Below, one piece after another: positions 34,646 through 43,456 of a stretch of DNA of 64,000 nt. The stretch spans positions 2,640 to 66,639 of the forward strand of contig CACXXP010000003.1 in NCBI GenBank assembly GCA_902771695.1. The letters are read 5' to 3'. The DNA comes from an uncultured Pseudomonadota bacterium. Lineage in GTDB: Bacteria; Pseudomonadota; Alphaproteobacteria; Rs-D84. A program made the translations under genes and the position numbers. Position 1 is the first letter of the stretch, and the number at the start of each line of letters is the position of its first letter. The notes below the pieces were generated by a model. That model ran no database searches, had not been told where the DNA came from, and saw only the letters and a list, made by a program, of their open reading frames with translations.

Positions 34646-35305
34646 TTATTTCTCGTCAATAATTACATCATTTACATAGAACGTGAATACGACCGCCGGG
34701 TCAATTCCGTCATGCAGCGCCTCTTGAACTTCTTCAATCGGTTGTTTAACCTGAATTGGTTCATCTGGGTTTTCAATGTTCAAATACATTGTGCCACGTT
34801 TTACGGTTGGGACCTCGGTCATATCATTTGGTTTATACCACGTTTTTGTTTCGTAATCAACCTGCAAATAATCGCTGTGTTCCTGTTTCAGAACTTCGTC
34901 AAAAACATATACAGTGCGCCGTATTCCTTTGGACGCATCTTCACGAATTTTTGGTGCGACATCACGCCGCCATTTTTCAAACACATTTACGGATGACATA
35001 TACGACAACGGAGAATACATCCCATACGATGTCATGCGGGATTCTATATTAGATTCATTTGGTTCAACATACAAATATTCCCGAACATATTTTTGAACCA
35101 ACCAATCGCGTAATTTTCTGTGTTGCACTTCGGACAAGGCCTTTGGATTGCCAACTTGTTCGGTCGCCCGCAATCCTGTCCGAAAGAAATACGGTTCAAT
35201 TTTGACCTTGTCACTGGTATCGTATATCGCACCCGCCAGGTATATGGACGCAAAGACCCCACACATCACAACCAGTCCGATAAGAAAACCGAATAATTTT
35301 CGCAT
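34646..35305 (-). CDS. VirB8-like (NTF2-fold) membrane-anchored periplasmic protein
   Basis: N-terminal TM helix, KIEPYFFR, WLVQKYVREYLYVEP (compare VirB8 YWLSQYVIARETY) and the C-terminal VVFTFYVNDVIIDE pattern. Confidence 0.5.
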   Translation of the reverse strand: MRKLFGFLIGLVVMCGVFASIYLAGAIYDTSDKVKIEPYFFRTGLRATEQVGNPKALSEVQHRKLRDWLVQKYVREYLYVEPNESNIESRMTSYGMYSPLSYMSSVNVFEKWRRDVAPKIREDASKGIRRTVYVFDEVLKQEHSDYLQVDYETKTWYKPNDMTEVPTVKRGTMYLNIENPDEPIQVKQPIEEVQEALHDGIDPAVVFTFYVNDVIIDEK

Positions 35306-36003
35306 TATTGCTCCCTGTACGAATTAAAGTTTGACACATAATACCCCAATGTTTGCGGGTAACGTTCGATATCACGCATAACTTGGACATATGCGATTAT
35401 ATCAAAATTACCATTTATACTGGAACGTACGGTGGCGCGTACAATCCATTCTCCGCCCTGGTCAGTAATATTCCCGTTTTGATTTACAATTATCTTGGAT
35501 GGATTGACATACCAACGTTCCCCAAAAGATGCCGTTGTTTGATAAATTGGTAAAACATTTGTCGTAAAATTGCGGTAAAATTCATCGTCTGTCATACAAT
35601 ACAAATCACATCCGGCATGGGTATACAATGAACTGTCCACACGGGTGGCGCAAACTGTTCCCCGGTCACACGAATCCCACCGTTCTGCGTTTACGGTTGC
35701 ATCATCCGATAATGTGAACCATTTTTCTGTGAACAAACCGACCAATGCACGCTGCACAGATACATAATATGGCATATCTTGGTGTGTTTTCTGGGTGCCA
35801 ACCAATTCCCATGTTCCATTGGAACCATTAACATACACAACCAACGGATCAATAACAGTGTTTTTTTGCACCCACGGTAATGCCAAACAGCATACGATAA
35901 TAAGAAAAAAAGAAACCATTACCCAAATTCCCGCCGTTCGGGAAACAGCAATCCGTTTGCCCGCCGGGAATGCAGACGTATCAAAATCGTCTGGGTAATC
36001 CAT
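35305..36003 (-). CDS. VirB8-like (NTF2-fold) bitopic membrane protein
   Basis: Cytoplasmic tail, one TM helix, VIDPLVVYVNGSNGTWELV (compare VirB8 VPYLVRVNAQTG) and C-terminal TLGYYVSNFNSYRE (compare NPLGFNVTSYRVD). SD GGAGGGGG before the ATG at 36003. Confidence 0.55.
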   Translation of the reverse strand: MDYPDDFDTSAFPAGKRIAVSRTAGIWVMVSFFLIIVCCLALPWVQKNTVIDPLVVYVNGSNGTWELVGTQKTHQDMPYYVSVQRALVGLFTEKWFTLSDDATVNAERWDSCDRGTVCATRVDSSLYTHAGCDLYCMTDDEFYRNFTTNVLPIYQTTASFGERWYVNPSKIIVNQNGNITDQGGEWIVRATVRSSINGNFDIIAYVQVMRDIERYPQTLGYYVSNFNSYREQ

Positions 36004-36036
36004 AATATTGTCCCCCTCCAATTCGTGCAAGATTTA

Positions 36037-36183
36037 CTATGCACGATAAACCATGATGCATGCGCATGGACTTAATTTTAATTCGTTTGTGTCGTATCCA
36101 ACACCAACCGGTTCGCGGTCATAAATCTGGCCGCAACCCGCCAAAGCCAATCCAACAAATAATCCCAATATAATTTTTTTCAT
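36037..36183 (-). CDS. 48-aa lipoprotein (VirB7-like position), not in the supplied ORF track
   Basis: Translates as MKKIILGLFVGLALAGCGQIYDREPVGVGYDTNELKLSPCACIMVYRA. Lipobox LAGC and SD AGGGGGA. Confidence 0.55.
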   Translation of the reverse strand: MKKIILGLFVGLALAGCGQIYDREPVGVGYDTNELKLSPCACIMVYRA

Positions 36184-36213
36184 TTCTTTCCCCCTGAATT
36201 ATTTTGATTATAA

Positions 36214-36243
36214 AAAAATCGTATGTATTCGGTCAAGTGTAAA
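36214..36243 (-). promoter_or_regulatory. Sigma70 promoter for the lipoprotein/VirB8-like operon
   Basis: On the minus strand: TTGACC (36243-36238), 18-nt spacer, TATAAT (36219-36214). Confidence 0.5.
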
Positions 36244-36250
36244 ACGCGTA

Positions 36251-38509
36251 TTAAAATTGCGTTTCAAATGATAACAAAAACCGGCGTTCACGGTCATGTT
36301 TTCCCATATGCAGTGGCCAACCCCAACTGAAGTTCATTGGTCCCATCGGTGTATTCCAATAAATACCAAACCCCGCAGATGTACGGATACCGCTGTCTAT
36401 GAAATTGGGTTGGCCGTGGTATGTATTTTCACGTGCCGGTGGTTTGCCCAAAATACCATAATCAGTAAATACGAACCCTTTGACTTGGTATTCATCAGGG
36501 ATGAATATTGGGAAATTCAACTGTGTTGAACCATTGACTTTCCACATGCCCCCCAAAGAATACGACTGATACGCCCAATTACGACTGCCCACACCGGCAA
36601 TTTCAAACCCACGTAATGATTCCCCACCCAAGAAATAACGATAAACACGTGGAACATAATCATCACCAATCGTTTGAATATATCCGAAATCCAGCGATGT
36701 TTTTAATTGCCAACGATCATCCAAAAACTTTACCATTGCGGTTGTATCGGCACTGTATCGCATAAATGTTTCGGTTCCCCCAAACCCAGTGTATGCGATG
36801 CCAAAATTGCTGACCAAACCAGTATGAGTATTCTGCTCAAAATTTGTGTCCAAGTTATAATATTTCAAGTTCGTGCCAAGAGTATATAGCCGCGCCTCTT
36901 GCCATCCGCCCGATTGTAAATCATAATTTTGATCAAATGATGCAGATAAACGCATCGTTTGGGTCCAATGATCCGTCAGTTGCCAACCCAAGCGTCCCGC
37001 AATTGTCAACGAGTCACGGTCATATCCAAAACCGCCCAAATGTTTATAGTTATACATCGTATACGAGATATCAAACCCAGCCGATAATGCCCGCCCAAAC
37101 AAAAAAGGTTCGGTAAAACTGAATAGCGCCTGTTTTTGATACTGGGCAATAGAACCCCGCAATTGAACGGTTTGACCGCGTCCCATGAAATTATTTTCCG
37201 TAATCCCTGCATCCAACATAAAACCATTAATATTGGACCAACCAAATCCGCCCGACAATTCACCCGTCGGTTGTTCTTCAACTTTGATATCCAAATTCAT
37301 CATATTTGCATCGGCAATACGACTGGGGACCATTTGAACGTCCTTGAAATAACGTGTTCGCATCAGGCGTTGACGCCCCTGTTCAATTGTTTGCAACGAA
37401 AACGGGTCACCCGCACGCATGGGAATCAATTGATTAACCACAGAATCAAATGTTCTTACATTCCCAAGGATGTTCACAGAATTCAGATAAATACGATTGG
37501 TTTTCTGAATCTTGAAATCTAAATCTATGGTATGCGTATCATCATTTTTTGTTGGAACAGGTTCAACATTTATGAATGCATATCCATGTTCTGCAACAAC
37601 GCCGCGCAATTCAGAAATCGTTGATTCAACATCGTCGACATTGTACGTGTCACCTTTGTCCATTTTTAATGCATCGCGCAGTTCTTCGTTTGAAACATCA
37701 CCGAAAGGGCTGTCTATATTAACATTACCGATTTTGTATTTTTGACCTTCGTCCACAACAAATTCCACAGAATAATATTCGCGGTCGGGGGTAAACGTTC
37801 CCTTGGCGTTTTTAACCATGAAATCAACATAGCCATTACGTAGATAAAACTGACGCAGTAATTGTTGGTCGTATAAAATTCTGTCTTCGTCATATACATC
37901 AAATTGGCTTAAAAACCGCCACCAACGGTGTTCACGTGACAAAATTGCCCCGCGCAATGTCCGATCACTGAATTTTTCATTTCCCGAAAAAGAGATAGAA
38001 TCAATATATGTTGGATGGCCCTCTTTGATTTCATAAACAACATTTACACGATTATCGTCCAATGTGATTTTCTTTGGACTGATTTTCGTTCCGAAAAATC
38101 CCTTGCGTTGATATACAGTCAACATGCGACTGACATCGGCACCAACCACAGATTCATCAAATGCGGAACGTTCGGCCAATTTTATTTCTTTCTTTAAGTC
38201 ATCGGTTGAAATTTCATCGTTGCCTTCAACCGTGACCATGTTAACAATTGGGGCTTCGGCAACATTTATCTTAAGTGTATTGCCAACCATTTGAACCGCG
38301 ACCTTGGAAAAATATCCACTTTCTTGTAATTTTTTTGCGATTCGATTTGCGCCTTCGTCACCAATATTGTCACCAACCTTGACATCGGCCAATATGCGCA
38401 CAGATTCTGCGTCCATACGTTTTGTGCCGGTCACGTCAACACGAGACACCGTTGCCGCATTGGCAACACTGGTAAAGAACGCAATCATGATTACAATAAA
38501 TTTCTTCAT
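36251..38509 (-). CDS. bamA: Outer membrane protein assembly factor BamA
   Basis: 752 aa with a signal peptide, POTRA-like repeats and a C-terminal barrel ending ...LLSFETQF. Conserved rseP-bamA synteny. Confidence 0.9.
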   Translation of the reverse strand: MKKFIVIMIAFFTSVANAATVSRVDVTGTKRMDAESVRILADVKVGDNIGDEGANRIAKKLQESGYFSKVAVQMVGNTLKINVAEAPIVNMVTVEGNDEISTDDLKKEIKLAERSAFDESVVGADVSRMLTVYQRKGFFGTKISPKKITLDDNRVNVVYEIKEGHPTYIDSISFSGNEKFSDRTLRGAILSREHRWWRFLSQFDVYDEDRILYDQQLLRQFYLRNGYVDFMVKNAKGTFTPDREYYSVEFVVDEGQKYKIGNVNIDSPFGDVSNEELRDALKMDKGDTYNVDDVESTISELRGVVAEHGYAFINVEPVPTKNDDTHTIDLDFKIQKTNRIYLNSVNILGNVRTFDSVVNQLIPMRAGDPFSLQTIEQGRQRLMRTRYFKDVQMVPSRIADANMMNLDIKVEEQPTGELSGGFGWSNINGFMLDAGITENNFMGRGQTVQLRGSIAQYQKQALFSFTEPFLFGRALSAGFDISYTMYNYKHLGGFGYDRDSLTIAGRLGWQLTDHWTQTMRLSASFDQNYDLQSGGWQEARLYTLGTNLKYYNLDTNFEQNTHTGLVSNFGIAYTGFGGTETFMRYSADTTAMVKFLDDRWQLKTSLDFGYIQTIGDDYVPRVYRYFLGGESLRGFEIAGVGSRNWAYQSYSLGGMWKVNGSTQLNFPIFIPDEYQVKGFVFTDYGILGKPPARENTYHGQPNFIDSGIRTSAGFGIYWNTPMGPMNFSWGWPLHMGKHDRERRFLLSFETQF

Positions 38510-39561
38510 AAACCGAATACCCGTGCAATATCATTCCACATAGTTAACGCAAATACAAATGCCAGGAAAATCCACCCACATACAATGACAATTTCCATCC
38601 CTTTGCCACCAAGTTTTTTACGGGTTATGCCTTCTATAATTAAAATCAGCAAATATCCACCATCCAACACCGGCAACGGCAGTAAGTTTATAACCCCCAA
38701 ATTCACCGATAACAATGCAATAATAGACATCAGTGCAAAGAATCCAACCGCCATGGCTTGGCCAGAGATTTGAGCAATGGTGATAAATGATCCCAATTGT
38801 TTTGTTGAACGGTCACCCGTCACAATTTGTTTCAACACCGTCAACAATGTTTTAGATTGATAATATGTTTCGCGCGCGCCTGAATATATTGCCCCAAAGA
38901 AACCTTTCTTGCGGAATTCGGTTTTGCTGCCATCGGCGACCAACCCCCAACGTTCTGCCGGCGCAATTTTTACATTGACGGTTTCATCACCACGTGAAAC
39001 CACAATGTTTGCGTTGTGCATACCTGTCAATTCCTTGGCAATAACCAATTCGCCCCAGTTTGTAATTTCTTCGCCATTTATTTCAACGATTGTATCTCCA
39101 GATTTTATGCCGGCCTTGAATGCGGCGCTACCCTGGATAACCTGGCCAACCACAGGTAATTGGACCGTACGTGGTTTGAACATAAAAATGGAAGAATATA
39201 TTGACCATGCCAATATAAAATTCATAAATACACCGGCACCAATAATAATAAACTGTTTCCATGCTGGCACAGACAGGTAATGTCCGACCTTTTTCTGTTT
39301 TGGTAATTCATTATATTTTTTGCGATTGAACATGTCTTCTTGACCATAAATGGACACATATCCACCCAATGGTAAACATGCAATTTTCCAAACAGTTCCA
39401 TGCTTATCATGCCATTTGATAATTGCTGGACCAAATCCAATAGAAAACGCATCAACGCGCACGCCGGCCCACCGTGCCGCCAAAAAATGCCCCAGTTCGT
39501 GTATAAAAACCACAACCCCCAGAACAATCAACAACGCAACAATCGTCATCACAGTATGCAT
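38506..39561 (-). CDS. rseP: RIP zinc metalloprotease RseP (M50)
   Basis: HELGH motif in TM1, a PDZ-like centre and C-terminal NLLPLPVLDGG. Confidence 0.9.
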   Translation of the reverse strand: MHTVMTIVALLIVLGVVVFIHELGHFLAARWAGVRVDAFSIGFGPAIIKWHDKHGTVWKIACLPLGGYVSIYGQEDMFNRKKYNELPKQKKVGHYLSVPAWKQFIIIGAGVFMNFILAWSIYSSIFMFKPRTVQLPVVGQVIQGSAAFKAGIKSGDTIVEINGEEITNWGELVIAKELTGMHNANIVVSRGDETVNVKIAPAERWGLVADGSKTEFRKKGFFGAIYSGARETYYQSKTLLTVLKQIVTGDRSTKQLGSFITIAQISGQAMAVGFFALMSIIALLSVNLGVINLLPLPVLDGGYLLILIIEGITRKKLGGKGMEIVIVCGWIFLAFVFALTMWNDIARVFGL

Positions 39562-39575
39562 TCCTCATCCCCCTT

Positions 39576-40235
39576 TTATGCTTGCATCAAAACATAGAAC
39601 AGTACCGGCAAAACGTAAATCCATCCATCAAAACGGTCAATTATACCGCCATGGTTGCCAAGAACTTTACTGAAATCTTTGATACCCATTTTGCGCTTAA
39701 CAAAGCTGGCAGTTAAATCGCCGTATTGCGACAGTAATGATATACTGATACCAATCCACACCAATTGCGGCGCAAAAGAATTCAAGAACAAATGACCATA
39801 TGCAATTGCCGCCAATGTTCCACATGCAACACCCATAATTTGACCGGCCCAAGTTTTGTGTTCGGATACTCTTTCCCAAAGTTTATCGCCTCCAATAATG
39901 CGACCAAACAACCATGCACCAATATCTGCGGCCGCAACGATAACCAATGTCATAAGTATAATCATCGGACGGCGTCCAACCGTCATTAGTGATATAAAAT
40001 CCGCCACCAATAACGCCAAGAACCCAATAAACAAAGTAAGGTTTTTAATATTAAACATAACATCGCGTGGTGCACGCCACAGGCATGATAAAAACTCACA
40101 AATCATCGCGACCCCAACAATTAAACCCAACCAATACACTGCATGAAAAATGCCGTTATGTTCCAACCATGCGGCCACCAATGCAACAAAAATCAACCCA
40201 CACGCAACCAATACTCTATTTATTGTTTCAGACAT
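39576..40235 (-). CDS. cdsA: Phosphatidate cytidylyltransferase
   Basis: Polytopic membrane protein with the signature SFVKRKMGIKDFSKVLGNHGGIIDRFDG. Confidence 0.9.
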   Translation of the reverse strand: MSETINRVLVACGLIFVALVAAWLEHNGIFHAVYWLGLIVGVAMICEFLSCLWRAPRDVMFNIKNLTLFIGFLALLVADFISLMTVGRRPMIILMTLVIVAAADIGAWLFGRIIGGDKLWERVSEHKTWAGQIMGVACGTLAAIAYGHLFLNSFAPQLVWIGISISLLSQYGDLTASFVKRKMGIKDFSKVLGNHGGIIDRFDGWIYVLPVLFYVLMQA

Positions 40236-40244
40236 TTTTTATTC

Positions 40245-41006
40245 CTATTTTTTCTTAGCCCCAGAATAGTTTGCTTTTTTCCCGCCACCAAATCGGCGAT
40301 TGCGTTTTGCATATTCGTCCAACACAAATTGCCACAGTTTTTCAGATTTTACCAATTCTGGCCAATGTTCTGGCACGAACAATAATTCTGCATACGCCAA
40401 TTTCCACAACAAGAAATTAGAAATTCTAAATTCATTACTCGTGCGCACCATAAGGTCAACAGGTAACAATTCCCCGGTATCCAAGAACGTTTCAAATGTT
40501 TCGCGTGTGACCTGTTTGCCTTCGGCAATTGCATCATTGACCGCATTTATAATTTCATCTTGTCCACCATAATTCAGCGCGAACACAACTGTGCCAGCGG
40601 TGTTTTCTGCGGATTCTGTCTCTAATTTATCACACATATCGGCCAATTTTTTGGGCAACCGTGCACGTGAACCGATAACCCGATAGCGCAGATTTTTTTC
40701 CAATGCGTGTTTCAAGTTTTTCTTTAATTCGGTATAAAACAAATCCATCAAGAAACCGACTTCTTCATCGGAACGATTCCAATTTTCTGTTGAAAATATA
40801 AAAAACGTTATTGTCGTAACCCCACGCGCAATAAACCAATCAACCAGATTTTCAAAATTTGCGATTCCCGCACGGTGTCCCATTAACGGGGGCAGGCCAC
40901 GTGCCTCGGCCCAACGGCGATTTCCATCACATATAAATGCGATATGATTGGGAACCTTGGCGGGCATATCTTGTACAACAGATTTCTTTTTGAATAATTT
41001 CAACAT
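40245..41006 (-). CDS. uppS: Undecaprenyl diphosphate synthase
   Basis: HIAFICDGNRRWA and RTSNEFRISNFLLWKLAYAEL. Confidence 0.95.
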   Translation of the reverse strand: MLKLFKKKSVVQDMPAKVPNHIAFICDGNRRWAEARGLPPLMGHRAGIANFENLVDWFIARGVTTITFFIFSTENWNRSDEEVGFLMDLFYTELKKNLKHALEKNLRYRVIGSRARLPKKLADMCDKLETESAENTAGTVVFALNYGGQDEIINAVNDAIAEGKQVTRETFETFLDTGELLPVDLMVRTSNEFRISNFLLWKLAYAELLFVPEHWPELVKSEKLWQFVLDEYAKRNRRFGGGKKANYSGAKKK

Positions 41007-41045
41007 TTTTACACCGATATTTTACGTTAAACAATTCGCCAAATT

Positions 41046-41606
41046 TTACACAGACATGATGTCAGATTCTTTTTGTTTGGCAATAGAATCAACCTCGGCA
41101 GTGCGACTGTCAAAGATTTTTTGGATATCTGCTTCGTATTTGCGTTGGTCATCTTCGGATATTTCTTTATCGGTGACGGCGCGTTTGATTTTACCCATGG
41201 CATCTTGACGTATATTGCGCATAGAAATTTTTGCTTCTTCGGCATATTTACCGGCAACCTTGGTTAATTCTTTACGACGTTCTTCGGTAAGAGGTGGCAT
41301 GTTTAAACGAATAACTGCACCGGCACTCATCGGGTTCAGACCCAACCCAGAATCACGAATCGCTTTTTCAACCGGACCAACATTTGACATATCCCACACG
41401 GTGACAGCCAATGTTTGATTGTCTGGGGTTGAAACAGTGGCCAATTGGTTTAATGGCATATCAGAACCGTATGTATTAACGCGTACACCGTCCAGCAAGT
41501 GAACCGATGCACGTCCCGTGCGCAGACCGGCATATTCATTATGTAAAACTTCTATGGTTTGGGCTGTTTTTTGTTCTATTTCATTTTTTAGAGATTGAAT
41601 ATCCAT
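41046..41606 (-). CDS. frr: Ribosome recycling factor
   Basis: 186 aa with RRF-typical LDGVRVNTYG...L.Q.A.V and TEERRKELTK. SD AAGGAG 8 nt before the ATG at 41606. Confidence 0.95.
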   Translation of the reverse strand: MDIQSLKNEIEQKTAQTIEVLHNEYAGLRTGRASVHLLDGVRVNTYGSDMPLNQLATVSTPDNQTLAVTVWDMSNVGPVEKAIRDSGLGLNPMSAGAVIRLNMPPLTEERRKELTKVAGKYAEEAKISMRNIRQDAMGKIKRAVTDKEISEDDQRKYEADIQKIFDSRTAEVDSIAKQKESDIMSV

Positions 41607-41690
41607 GTATAACACTCCTTGAATCTAATCGCAGGTTAGCAAATATATTTGACATTTGGCAAGAAGAAATATAAAATACCTTTCCGAAAT

Positions 41691-41766
41691 GGGGTTGTAG
41701 CTCAGTTGGTAGAGCACTTGCATGGCATGCAAGGGGTCGTCGGTTCGAGTCCGATCAGCTCCACCA
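41691..41766 (+). tRNA. tRNA-Ala (anticodon GGC), CCA encoded
   Basis: Acceptor GGGGTTG with the G3:U70 identity pair, anticodon loop ATGGCAT, T-loop GGTTCGAGTCC. Confidence 0.9.
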
Positions 41767-41780
41767 AAGATTCTGTTTTG

Positions 41781-41802
41781 CCCGCACCAAAAGTGCGGGT
41801 TT
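41781..41802 (+). terminator. Hairpin terminator after tRNA-Ala
   Basis: CCCGCAC-caaaa-GTGCGGG followed by TTT. Confidence 0.55.
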
Positions 41803-41858
41803 AAAAATTATCAGATAATACCATTTGACATCTATTTCATTTATTTTATACTGACCGC

Positions 41859-42434
41859 ATGTTATACATTATGCGTCATGGCCAAACAGATTGGAACATT
41901 GGAAATAAAGTCCAAGGTACGTCTGATGTTGAATTGAATAATGCCGGATTAATTCAGGCAAATGAAGCGGCCGAATATTTAAAAAACGGAAATTTTGGCA
42001 TTAAACGTATCGTTACATCGGACCTTAAAAGGACGGCGCAAACGGCACAAATTATTGGCAACAAATTGCACATATTGGTTGATTACGACACGCGTCTGCG
42101 TGAATATAATTTTGGTCACCTAGAAGGGCGCGCCGTATCAACAATATCAGAAAGCACATTACACGAATTTATGAAAAATCCCAAGGCATTTGATGCCGAA
42201 CCGTTTGAAGACGCGTTTGCACGTGTATCATCGTTTCTTGCCGATGCCGATTATAATACAAACACACTGGTTATGTCGCATGGCATAATTATGCGAATTG
42301 TAATACACTATCTAGATGATGGTCATACATTTGATTTGCGCAAATTCATGGAACTTTTCCATACCACACGCATTAAAAATACATCAATGCTTGGTATTTC
42401 TGGATTGAATTCTAGAATTGAATACGTACGGTGA
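41859..42434 (+). CDS. Histidine phosphatase family protein (phosphoglycerate mutase-like)
   Basis: N-terminal RHGQTDWN motif and SDLKRTAQTA. Confidence 0.8.
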   Translation: MLYIMRHGQTDWNIGNKVQGTSDVELNNAGLIQANEAAEYLKNGNFGIKRIVTSDLKRTAQTAQIIGNKLHILVDYDTRLREYNFGHLEGRAVSTISESTLHEFMKNPKAFDAEPFEDAFARVSSFLADADYNTNTLVMSHGIIMRIVIHYLDDGHTFDLRKFMELFHTTRIKNTSMLGISGLNSRIEYVR

Positions 42435-42435
42435 A

Positions 42436-43359
42436 CTATACCGTCAAATAGATCAGGTACATTACATATGCAATCACAAACAGTATTCCGCCAAACCGCC
42501 CAAGTTTCAAATTTTTGGCCGTAAACATCATTAACATTGCAACCGCCAAAATCGCAATGGCACCATCAGTGATAAACGCGGCATCAAATGGCAACGGTGT
42601 TATTGCCGCAGATATCCCCAACACAAACAGAATATTAAATATATTTGACCCAACAATATTTCCAACCGCCATATCATATTCATGCTTTAATGCGGCGATA
42701 ACACACACAACCAATTCGGGTAAACTGGTACCTAATGCCACGATGGTCAGGCCGATTACACGTTCTGATACATGCGCATAACGTGCAATTTCCATTGCAG
42801 AATTAACAACCAAATTTCCCCCAATAATCAATGCGGCAATTCCGGCCACAATCATAATGCAGGTTTCAATCATTGGTATTGGTTTGTATGTTGGCTGTTG
42901 AACTTTTTCCCGTTTGGCGATAATGATGGTGTATATTACAAACGCGATAAACAGCCCCAAGAACATAAATGCCGATGTGCGTGATATGATTCCGAACCAT
43001 AACCCAATCAGTGACAACAGCATAGTAATTGTTGCCACAAAAGGTAATTCGTAATTTTTAGTGTTCTTGTTGATAACGGCGCCCCCAATAAGTGCGGTCA
43101 CCCCCAGTATAAGGAATATATTGGTAATATTACTGCCAATAATATTTCCAATTGAAACACCATCCGACCCACGTAATGCCGCGGCGATACTTATGGCGGC
43201 TTCGGGGGCGCTGGTTCCCATGGCGACAAGTGTGGTTCCAATTACTATGGATGGAATATGAAAACGGCGCGCAATACTGACGGCGCCATCAACGAATGTG
43301 TCCGCCCCACGAACCAATAAAACAAAGCCGATAACTAAAAAAATCAGTGATATAAACAT
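42436..43359 (-). CDS. CaCA-family cation/Ca2+ antiporter (YrbG-like)
   Basis: Two alpha-repeats, GTSAPE and GTSLPE, in a roughly 10-TM protein. Confidence 0.85.
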   Translation of the reverse strand: MFISLIFLVIGFVLLVRGADTFVDGAVSIARRFHIPSIVIGTTLVAMGTSAPEAAISIAAALRGSDGVSIGNIIGSNITNIFLILGVTALIGGAVINKNTKNYELPFVATITMLLSLIGLWFGIISRTSAFMFLGLFIAFVIYTIIIAKREKVQQPTYKPIPMIETCIMIVAGIAALIIGGNLVVNSAMEIARYAHVSERVIGLTIVALGTSLPELVVCVIAALKHEYDMAVGNIVGSNIFNILFVLGISAAITPLPFDAAFITDGAIAILAVAMLMMFTAKNLKLGRFGGILFVIAYVMYLIYLTV

Positions 43360-43456
43360 GCAAGTATATTAGCACAAATAGGTCTTTTTTTTAAGTGATT
43401 TTTGTGATAAAATAATATAAGTTATAAAAGAGTAAAAAAATAGGGGGAATTTCGTT

